This document shows, piece after piece, positions 56,603 to 64,000 of a DNA stretch of 64,000 nucleotides. Position 1 is the stretch's first letter. Each line of letters opens with the position of its first letter. Made by a program: the position numbers and the translations under genes. The stretch spans positions 96,001-160,000 of the forward strand of contig JBITAJ010000015.1 of the NCBI GenBank assembly GCA_044440125.1, written 5' to 3'. The notes below the pieces were generated by a model that was not told the DNA's origin, did not search any database, and worked only from the letters and a program-made list of their open reading frames with translations. The DNA comes from Sedimentisphaeraceae bacterium JB056. Its GTDB lineage: Bacteria; Planctomycetota; Phycisphaerae; Sedimentisphaerales; Sedimentisphaeraceae.

Positions 56603-56968
56603 ATGGCAACCAAAAGACCAATGAGTGCAGAAATAACGGCGGAATTGCTCGAAGCATTTAACGAGTATGTATCTGAAAACAGATACATCAAGTACAGAGC
56701 AATTGAGGCGGCATTTAAACTATTTATGGCCGCTCCGGAAACCCTACAATTGAAACTTATGCGAGAAGATGCGATCACAGCTGATCTGAGCGTTAAATAC
56801 TCAGATAAGCCAAGTGCTCCTAACTCCAAGCGTAAAAAATTCTCTATCGATATAGGCAAAGATGGCGAACAAGCCCAGGCTGTATCTATCGATAAGAGCG
56901 AGCTTGAAGCGCTTGAAGGCGTTATAAAGCAGATTGTGCAGGAACAGCTCGGTTCTAAAAAGGACTGA
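56603..56968 (+). CDS. Hypothetical protein, ribbon-helix-helix-like N-terminus
   Basis: 121-aa ORF; KRPMSAEI strand followed by two amphipathic helices (AELLEAFNEYVSE, YRAIEAAFKLFM). Confidence 0.6.
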   Translation: MATKRPMSAEITAELLEAFNEYVSENRYIKYRAIEAAFKLFMAAPETLQLKLMREDAITADLSVKYSDKPSAPNSKRKKFSIDIGKDGEQAQAVSIDKSELEALEGVIKQIVQEQLGSKKD

Positions 56969-57084
56969 TTGTTCTAAGCGGTTTTCAGCTCTGTTAGCTT
57001 AGATGCCGACAAAACTGCTCGGGTAGCGTAAAGCTGCCCGATACATAACCTTGCGCAGAGGCGAACTCAGGATTACGACAAATT

Positions 57085-58776
57085 ATGGCTTATACAGTTC
57101 TGGCAAGGCGTTATAGATCGCAGACTTTCGACGATGTAGTCGGACAGGATGCAATTGCGCAAACCTTAGAGAACGCAATTAAGACAGGTAGGGTAGCACA
57201 TGCTTATCTCTTTTGCGGCACGCGTGGTGTCGGAAAAACTACCTTGGCGAGAGTTCTTGCCAAAAGTCTCAATTGCCTCAGAGTCGATGCGCCTACTACT
57301 ACGCCATGCTGTGAATGTGAAAGCTGTGTTGCTGTCAATACCGGCGAAGACATTGATGTCATAGAGATCGATGGAGCAAGCAACAATGGTGTTGACAATA
57401 TCCGAGAGCTTCGCAATAATGCGATATTCAGGCCTGCGAGAAGCAGGTACAAGGTGTATATTATCGATGAGATACATATGCTTAGTACCGGCGCATTTAA
57501 TGCTCTTCTGAAGATTCTTGAAGAGCCTCCAGCCCATGTCAAATTTATCTTTGCAACTACAGAGCCGAATAAAGTACTGCCTACGATACAATCCAGATGT
57601 CAGCGTTTTGACTTCCGCGCTATAGATGCGGCTTGCATTGGCAAGCAGCTTCGCAGCGTGTTGGACTCTGAGCATCTCACCTATACAGATGATTTTATAA
57701 CTACTGTATCCCGTTTAGCCAACGGTTCAATGAGAGATGGTTTGAGTCTTCTTGATCAGGTTATCAGCACTGGCGAGCAGCCTCTTTCTCTGGAAGTTCT
57801 TGAAGCAACTCTCGGTCAGCCTGGCCGTCAGCACATAGCATCTCTTCTAAGCTGTATCGCGGAAAAAGATGCTGCGGGTGCTTTGACGATTACTGATAAA
57901 CTTCTTACGGATGGAATGAGCTGTTTGCAGATTGCCGATGCTCTCGTAGAGTATATGCGGGATGTTATGGTGGCCTCTACTGCAGGTTCCGACAGTCCGT
58001 TGGTTATACTTACTGCTGCCGAGAGGGAAACCGTTTCAGATTTGTCGCAGAAGTTCGATATTGCTTCTCTTGTTTATGGTGTTACCGCGTTTGAAAAAAT
58101 GCGTAGTACCATAAAGAATTCGGAGAATAGCCGTGCTATTCTTGAGGCTTCAATCGTTCGTCTTGCTCTTAGTGAGAATTTTATAAGTGTTCAATCGCTT
58201 CTCCAGAGGCTTGGCAGAGGCGGCGGGGTCGCTGTAAAAAAAAACTCCGGTAGCAGCGGGGCGTCAATAAACCCGAGTTCAAGAGTTTCAAACAGGGCGC
58301 AAGGCATTGCCGGCAGTCGACCGATGAAAGCTAAGACAGAAGCTAATGCTGCGTCAAACACCGCAAATTTACCACAAATACCTTGCCAAACAATTGATGA
58401 TTTCACGTCAAAATGGAATGCAATTTCATCTGCAGTGACTGCTTCGGAACCCATGATAGCTACACTTCTAACAGGTGGAGTGCCGATTTCTTTCGAAAAT
58501 TCATTGTTGAAACTGCAATTTCCTCAAAACAGCATGTCTATAAAATTGCTTGCCGATCCGAATCGAATGGTACGTCTTTGCGACGTGCTTTCGGCTATTA
58601 TAGGCATTGATATAAAGGTTGAACCTGTCGCGGCAGGTGTTGTTGCCAGTATACCAAAGCCCAAAGGAGCAAAAACAAGTTCAAAAGAACGTCAAGAAGT
58701 CTTGAATAATCCTGGGGTTAAGACTATACTTAAGGCCTTCAAGGCGAGAGTGGTTGATATATCAACCGGTGAATGA
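57085..58776 (+). CDS. dnaX: DNA polymerase III subunits gamma/tau
   Basis: YTVLARRYRSQTF..VVGQ, HAYLFCGTRGVGKTT, Zn motif, EIDGASN, IDEIHML, TIQSRC, GSMRD. Confidence 0.97.
   Translation: MAYTVLARRYRSQTFDDVVGQDAIAQTLENAIKTGRVAHAYLFCGTRGVGKTTLARVLAKSLNCLRVDAPTTTPCCECESCVAVNTGEDIDVIEIDGASNNGVDNIRELRNNAIFRPARSRYKVYIIDEIHMLSTGAFNALLKILEEPPAHVKFIFATTEPNKVLPTIQSRCQRFDFRAIDAACIGKQLRSVLDSEHLTYTDDFITTVSRLANGSMRDGLSLLDQVISTGEQPLSLEVLEATLGQPGRQHIASLLSCIAEKDAAGALTITDKLLTDGMSCLQIADALVEYMRDVMVASTAGSDSPLVILTAAERETVSDLSQKFDIASLVYGVTAFEKMRSTIKNSENSRAILEASIVRLALSENFISVQSLLQRLGRGGGVAVKKNSGSSGASINPSSRVSNRAQGIAGSRPMKAKTEANAASNTANLPQIPCQTIDDFTSKWNAISSAVTASEPMIATLLTGGVPISFENSLLKLQFPQNSMSIKLLADPNRMVRLCDVLSAIIGIDIKVEPVAAGVVASIPKPKGAKTSSKERQEVLNNPGVKTILKAFKARVVDISTGE
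58236..58253 (+). other. Candidate recoding site (A9 run) in dnaX
   Basis: GTA AAA AAA AAC; -1 frame stop TAG at 58251-58253 and +1 frame stop TAA at 58268-58270. Confidence 0.7.
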
Positions 58777-58817
58777 GAAGTCTGGGAGAAAAATTAAGGT
58801 CAGGATCAGGGTAATAT

Positions 58818-59429
58818 ATGTCAGAGAACCCCGCTTATACAGAAAGTTTGAATAACCTTATTGAGCAGTTTGCAAAATTGCCTGGTATAGGTACGAAAAC
58901 TGCTGAAAGGCTTGCTTTTCATATTTTAAAGTCTGAGTCAAAAGAGGCAATGCTCTTGTCAGACGCCATATCTGATGTCAAAACTAAGATCAAGCAATGT
59001 TCTATATGTTTTAATCTTGCGGAAGGAGAAATCTGTCCAATATGCTCTGACCAAAAGCGTGATAGTGGAGTTATTTGTGTTGTCGAGCAGCCAAAGGATG
59101 TTATAACTCTTGAAAAGACAAGATTGTGCAAGTGGAGATATCATGTTCTTGGTGGTCATATTGCGCCTCTTGAAGGGCTTGAACCAGATGATCTTACAAT
59201 AAATGAGTTGCTTAAAAGGGTTAAGACGGAAGATATTAAGGAAGTAGTAATGGCTACTAATCCGACAGTGGAAGGGGATGGAACATCACTTTACATTGCC
59301 AGTTTGCTGAGAAACAGCGGTGTGAAAATCACCAGATTAGCAAGGGGGCTTCCTGCCGGATCGAATATAGAGTATGCAAGCAGTCCAATACTTATTGACG
59401 CCATACTTGGCCGTAATGATATGGAATAA
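58818..59429 (+). CDS. recR: Recombination mediator RecR
   Basis: LPGIGTKTAERLAF, C4 zinc finger, ICVVE, YHVLGG, ATNPTVEGD, TRLARGLP.G. Confidence 0.97.
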   Translation: MSENPAYTESLNNLIEQFAKLPGIGTKTAERLAFHILKSESKEAMLLSDAISDVKTKIKQCSICFNLAEGEICPICSDQKRDSGVICVVEQPKDVITLEKTRLCKWRYHVLGGHIAPLEGLEPDDLTINELLKRVKTEDIKEVVMATNPTVEGDGTSLYIASLLRNSGVKITRLARGLPAGSNIEYASSPILIDAILGRNDME

Positions 59430-59449
59430 TTACATTGAAGAGCAGACGA

Positions 59450-60886
59450 ATGAAAATTAACATTGTATTTTTGATCTTTACAGCTTTGCTAAGCAGTACT
59501 TATGCGTATACAGGAAGGCTTTGGATGACAACAGACGCTATTTGCACTGAGCAGATAGACGCTTTTTACAAAACAGATATTTCTGATACAGCAAGGCTGA
59601 AATTCATTAGAGGCCCCAAAGCTGATACAACGGGTATTCAGGCTAATAGTGAATCGATACTTGCCAAAGCCATGCTGCAATCCCAAATAGGTCCGGAGGG
59701 AACTGTTGCATTTTGGGTTCATTTTGACAAAAGCTATCAAACAGGAGTAAACACTAAATCTCAAAACAAAAGTATATTTGAGATTGAAAACCTTTGTTCG
59801 CTTACTTTTGAACAATCGGCAAGTACTCTTGATTTTATATGGCGATGGAACAAATCTCAGGGGAATACGCAATATCATGACCTGCATATTCTTGCTCCTG
59901 AGTTGCCGGGGGATCAGTGGGTTCAACTGGTATTCAGGTGGAGCAGCAGCAAGGGGATTTTCAATTGCTATATAAATGGAACTCCATACAGGCAGGATGA
60001 AACCATTAACGGGCTTAATAATCCGTTTGGCAATAATATGGTGGTATATGTCTCAGATATTGGTTTCAGCGAAATGATAATTTCTGATCAGATGATAGAA
60101 GGAAGGCTTCTTGAAAAACTTCTGGCTGTAGAGAAGACTGAACTGCTTGACAGGATATTCGGTAATGAACGCATTAATAAGCTTGATGCGGAATTTATAC
60201 AGGGTAAACTGCTCTATTCTAATCCCCTTCGTTCGCCTAAGGACATTCGCGGTTGGCTTCCTGAGGGGCAGGCAAAAGTGTCTTTTGATCAAAATGGTCT
60301 TGTTCTTGAATCCTACAAGCCTGACGGCTCTCTCAGTGAAGGAAATGTTGTGTTATGGTGTGGTGATGATTTGCCTGCCAATTTTATAGCAAAATGGAAA
60401 TTTCAGCCTCTCGACCAATACGGCCATGCGATGGTGCTTTTCTGTGCCAAGGGTAAGAACGGTAAAAATATTTATGATCCTTCCATTGATGCGCGTGACG
60501 GCACTTTTTCGCAATATGTTTATGGGGATATAAATTCTTATCATATAACATATTATGCTAATACTCCTTATTCGGCCAGAAATAAGAGCAGCTTATGGAA
60601 AAATGCAGGTTTCTATCTTGCCGATTACGGGCCATCTGTGGTTGAGCCCGGTTCAACAGAGATATACGAGGCTACGCTTGTAAAGATTGGCGGCAAAATA
60701 GCAATGGCAATAAACAATTGGGTGATTGTGGACTTTTTTGATGATGGTCAGCGGTTTGGTGATGTACTCAATTGGGGCAAGATCGGTTTCAGGCAGATGA
60801 AATGGACCAAGATGAGGTATTCTGACTTTGAGATATATGATATTAAGCTTCCTAAAAAGCAGGAAGATAAAGAAACTGATGACTGA
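59450..60886 (+). CDS. Secreted YesU/DUF1961-like protein with N-terminal LamG-like domain
   Basis: Signal peptide; GTVAFWV...W..L...W....YING (LamG-like); VLWC, RDGTFSQY..GDINSYHITYY, GKIGFRQM. ORF track start TTG 59435. Confidence 0.75.
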   Translation: MKINIVFLIFTALLSSTYAYTGRLWMTTDAICTEQIDAFYKTDISDTARLKFIRGPKADTTGIQANSESILAKAMLQSQIGPEGTVAFWVHFDKSYQTGVNTKSQNKSIFEIENLCSLTFEQSASTLDFIWRWNKSQGNTQYHDLHILAPELPGDQWVQLVFRWSSSKGIFNCYINGTPYRQDETINGLNNPFGNNMVVYVSDIGFSEMIISDQMIEGRLLEKLLAVEKTELLDRIFGNERINKLDAEFIQGKLLYSNPLRSPKDIRGWLPEGQAKVSFDQNGLVLESYKPDGSLSEGNVVLWCGDDLPANFIAKWKFQPLDQYGHAMVLFCAKGKNGKNIYDPSIDARDGTFSQYVYGDINSYHITYYANTPYSARNKSSLWKNAGFYLADYGPSVVEPGSTEIYEATLVKIGGKIAMAINNWVIVDFFDDGQRFGDVLNWGKIGFRQMKWTKMRYSDFEIYDIKLPKKQEDKETDD

Positions 60887-61056
60887 TTATATGGGGCCAA
60901 AGGCGAGATTTTGTTAGAATCATGTTTAATATGATGATATTAGCAAAAAAAACTTGACAAATTACGTGTATTGTACGAAAATATATGCGGTATATAATAG
61001 GATGATTGTAATATTGGCCCTTACAGGCGATTAAACAAGGACATGGAGTGAAAATA

Positions 61057-61515
61057 ATGAAAAAGGTTTTAGTTATTTTAATTGCAGTATATCTCTTCAC
61101 TGGTTTTGCAGTTGCGGGATATATGCAGATAGATGCAGAGAACAGCGAAAATGCTGTTACTGCAATTTTAGACGAGGTTATGCCGGCTGATTCGATTAGT
61201 GGTTTTTCAGTGCAGTTGTTGGATCAAATACCTGTTCAGGGAGATCAGGCAGTTGAGTCTGATTTGAATGCTGAAAGCATTTCTACTGTTAGCTGGAGCC
61301 CTAAGGCTATTTCTGCATCTGAGGATATCGCTGTTGCCGGTTCTGGAAAGTCTGTTTCTTTAACTGGTTACCCAGTGGTTGCTTCTTCTGCAACTGAACC
61401 TGTTCTCGGTGGAACTAATGAGCTAAGTACAAATGATTTTGTTGTAACAGTTCCTGAACCTGTTACTATTGCTTTACTGGGACTTGGCGGATTTTTCATA
61501 CGTAAAAAACGCTGA
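61057..61515 (+). CDS. PEP-CTERM sorting domain protein
   Basis: Signal peptide; C-terminal VPEPVTIALLGLGGFFIRKKR; GGAG RBS favours ATG 61057. Confidence 0.88.
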   Translation: MKKVLVILIAVYLFTGFAVAGYMQIDAENSENAVTAILDEVMPADSISGFSVQLLDQIPVQGDQAVESDLNAESISTVSWSPKAISASEDIAVAGSGKSVSLTGYPVVASSATEPVLGGTNELSTNDFVVTVPEPVTIALLGLGGFFIRKKR

Positions 61516-61538
61516 TTCCCATGATTAATCAAAAACTC

Positions 61539-61569
61539 AAAGCTGCATAATAATTGTGCAGCTTTTTTT
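61539..61569 (+). terminator. Rho-independent terminator
   Basis: AAAGCTGCATAA-TAA-TTGTGCAGCTTTTTTT. Confidence 0.75.
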
Positions 61570-61681
61570 CATTTTAAAGAAACTTTTCTCATTGTTATTT
61601 GTTTAATTACTTGTAAATTCAATAATTAAGCTCGAAGTAGCTGAAATAGTAATCATTCATTTTATAGTAGGAGTAATCATT

Positions 61682-63292
61682 ATGAGAAAAATTATATTGT
61701 TAACACTGTCTGTTTTATTTTTATCATCATGCATTGCGAAACCTGTCTCTGATAAGATCAACACTATCGCACTTTTCAAGAACGGTTCAGGTTATTTTTT
61801 GAGTTCTGTTGAAATTGATGAAGGAGTCAGCGATTTTGAAATAATGCCGGAAGTCGCTCCGGCTAATGGAACTTTCTGGGTTAGCTGGCCTAAAGGTATT
61901 TCGGTTAGCTCGCTTGTTGCAGAGGAAGTCGATTATAATGAGGAAATTGAAGCGGTTACCATTGTAGAGCTTCTGAAAGCGAATGTCGGATCACAAGTCA
62001 AACTTAAAGTTGGTGATGACTATGTTACAGGCACACTCAAGAGCTTTGATGAAAAGAATAGCTCAGATGAGTATCTGCCGTATAAGCCCGGCAGTCAGTC
62101 AATTATTCCAAATATTAAAGCTGAAATGATAACTGTCGAAACCGATTCTGGTATGCTTGTAATGAGTGCTTCACGGGTAAGCAGTGTCAGTTTCCTTGAT
62201 TGGAAAATGAGTCGCTCTACTACCCGTGCGACAAAAAAGGTAGCACTTAAGGGATACTTGACTGAAGAATCAACAGGAGCCGCAAGAATAGATATGAGCT
62301 ATATCGGCCAGGGAATCACATGGGTTCCAAGTTATGTTGTTGATATATCAAAGGATGGAAAGGCATTTCTTACTGCCAAAGCTCTTATTATCAATGAAGC
62401 GGCTGATCTGCAAGATGTAAAAATACTGCTGATAACCGGCTATCCCAATCTTGAGTTTAACGATACATTCAGCCCGATTTCTATGAAGAATTCTCTTGCT
62501 GAGTTTCTCGCTTCACTTGGTGGCTCTACTCCTTCTGCCGGACGTGGCGTGATGATGCAGAATATGGCTAAAAGCGCAAGGTTTGATATGGTTGCAGAAT
62601 CAGCAGCTCCGATTAATTATGGCGATGCGGCTCAAGGCAAGCAGATAGAGGATATGTTCTTCTACCCACTTGAGAATATAAGTCTCAATAAGAAACAGAC
62701 CGGTTATTATCCGCTTTTCAGCACAGAAGTTGATTGCAAGCATATATACAAGTGGGATATCGCGGATAATATAGATAGATACTACCGCTACAATAATAAC
62801 CAGACTCAGGAAGATCCGGTTGTCTGGCATTGCATAAAACTCAAGAACAGTACTGCTCAGCCGTGGACTACCGCTCCTGTTGAGACTGTAAAGAAGAACC
62901 TCATATTGGGACAGTCAACTCTTGATTTTACCATTCCAGGTGACGAGGCAACCGTTAAGATAACACGAGCCGGTGAGGTAAAGGCCAATCAGGTTGAGTA
63001 TGTGAGCAAGAGAGTTGCAAATTCCGCCACTTTCTTTGGCACTACTTATGATGAGGTTACGATTGAAGGTTCCCTCTTTGTGACAAATGCCAAGAAAGAG
63101 GCAGTCGATGTTGAGATTTCCAAGGTATTAACCGGCAAGATATTGAATACTTCTCCTGATGCACAGATAGAGAAGACAGCGACTAATGTAGGACAAGTCA
63201 ATGAAACTCAGAAGCTTAAATGGAATGTTGAGGTTGATGCCTCAGATAAGTTGGAGCTTAAATACAGCTATAAAGCATACCTGAGAAGATAA
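61682..63292 (+). CDS. DUF4139/DUF4140-like lipoprotein
   Basis: Lipobox LSSC; IALFKNG, SY...GITWVPSY..D, A.IINE..DL, L.TGYPN motifs; AGGAG RBS. Confidence 0.7.
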   Translation: MRKIILLTLSVLFLSSCIAKPVSDKINTIALFKNGSGYFLSSVEIDEGVSDFEIMPEVAPANGTFWVSWPKGISVSSLVAEEVDYNEEIEAVTIVELLKANVGSQVKLKVGDDYVTGTLKSFDEKNSSDEYLPYKPGSQSIIPNIKAEMITVETDSGMLVMSASRVSSVSFLDWKMSRSTTRATKKVALKGYLTEESTGAARIDMSYIGQGITWVPSYVVDISKDGKAFLTAKALIINEAADLQDVKILLITGYPNLEFNDTFSPISMKNSLAEFLASLGGSTPSAGRGVMMQNMAKSARFDMVAESAAPINYGDAAQGKQIEDMFFYPLENISLNKKQTGYYPLFSTEVDCKHIYKWDIADNIDRYYRYNNNQTQEDPVVWHCIKLKNSTAQPWTTAPVETVKKNLILGQSTLDFTIPGDEATVKITRAGEVKANQVEYVSKRVANSATFFGTTYDEVTIEGSLFVTNAKKEAVDVEISKVLTGKILNTSPDAQIEKTATNVGQVNETQKLKWNVEVDASDKLELKYSYKAYLRR

Positions 63293-63303
63293 AACTGAAT
63301 TTT

Positions 63304-63344
63304 AACCGTCCTTGTCAGCCGATGAGGACGGTTTTATTTTTTTT
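63304..63344 (+). terminator. Rho-independent terminator
   Basis: AACCGTCCT...AGGACGGTT followed by a long T tract. Confidence 0.7.
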
Positions 63345-63364
63345 ACTTTTTGCGGCAGTTTGGG

Positions 63365-64000
63365 ATGGGGAGAATACGGGAAAATATTCATCTTTCTGAA
63401 TACCGGATAAACAATGGCAGGGCAATTCTGTTTCTGCCGTTGAAAGATTGTCCATTTTTGATTATAGCGACAGGGCTTATTCTGGGGATAGTGTCTCAAA
63501 AGACACTGAATATAAATGGCCTATACCTTATCTCATCAGTATTTCTTGTACTCATTCTAACAATAACATCTCTTCTTAAACGCTATAAAATAACACTCTT
63601 TCTTATCTTGGGATTCTTTGCCGCTTTTGTACTTGGGGCGGCAAGAATGTACTATTCTGACAATCCCGGAAGCTCAGATATTTCCTCAATGATTTCCGGA
63701 GATCCGGTATTAGCAACTCTCAAAGGTGTTGTTGCCACAGAGCCTGTGCTCAAACCAACATCCGCCTCCGATCTGAATTCCAGCTACAGCCTTTCTTTTG
63801 AGCTTAAAGTTCTTGAGATACTTACGCCTTCTGGTTTTCAAAAGGCCAAAGGGCGTGTTTACAGCCGTATTTCTTTTATACCCCAAGATGCTTTGCCGCA
63901 AGCAGCCTTGCAAAAGGGCGAAAGGATTACTTTATATTGCAACCTTTCCAAACCAGAGAGAATGCGGGAGAGATGGCGGTTTGATTTTGCTCAATACCTT
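63365..64000 (+). CDS. comEC: ComEC/Rec2 competence protein, N-terminal part (partial)
   Basis: Not in the ORF track. Read by hand, open from ATG 63365 to the edge: PFLIIATGLILGI, three TM segments, LKGVVATEP, GERI...L.KP.....FDFAQYL (DUF4131-like OB region). True start uncertain. Confidence 0.72.
   Translation, partial: MGRIRENIHLSEYRINNGRAILFLPLKDCPFLIIATGLILGIVSQKTLNINGLYLISSVFLVLILTITSLLKRYKITLFLILGFFAAFVLGAARMYYSDNPGSSDISSMISGDPVLATLKGVVATEPVLKPTSASDLNSSYSLSFELKVLEILTPSGFQKAKGRVYSRISFIPQDALPQAALQKGERITLYCNLSKPERMRERWRFDFAQYL

Noticed and set aside
56969..57084. SRP RNA (ffs), often found upstream of dnaX
   Set aside because: The conserved CAGG...GGAA...AGCAG domain IV motif is absent; only a simple hairpin is present.
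1..64000. CRISPR arrays, IS elements, prophage, tRNA or rRNA genes
   Set aside because: No regularly spaced repeats, transposase/integrase motifs or structural RNA signatures were seen by eye.

Overview
Bacterial chromosomal window, inferred to come from an anaerobic, probably halotolerant planctomycete (Phycisphaerae/Sedimentisphaerales-like). The clues are a DUF1559-type pilin-like protein, dockerin-like repeats, a PEP-CTERM protein and AdhE. The left ~38.5 kb is one polysaccharide-utilisation island with no SusC/SusD pair. It holds a divergent GH2-like gene, a LacI regulator, a non-catalytic multi-domain secreted protein, a pilin-like protein, six GH141-like beta-helix proteins in three paralog pairs (some fused to GH29, SGNH or a GH95-like tail), a Tat sulfatase, two URO-D/MtaA-like proteins, a PHP-type metallohydrolase, two esterases and two Na+/solute symporters. 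The inferred substrate is a sulfated, acetylated, fucose-containing glycan. The right part contains priA, two divergent hybrid histidine kinases, an EctR-like MarR-ablA-SSS-ablB operon for N-epsilon-acetyl-beta-lysine, adhE, an RHH-like gene, dnaX-recR, and DUF1961, PEP-CTERM, DUF4139 and comEC (partial) genes. Best leads: an unnamed ~210-aa 'WEKGDW' domain present three times in two dockerin-like proteins, the three-pair beta-helix array, an A9 slippage site in dnaX, an EctR-type regulator and operator on the abl operon, and a G9 tract inside the LacI gene. No rRNA, tRNA, CRISPR array or transposase was seen. All family assignments are by eye from motifs, not database searches.
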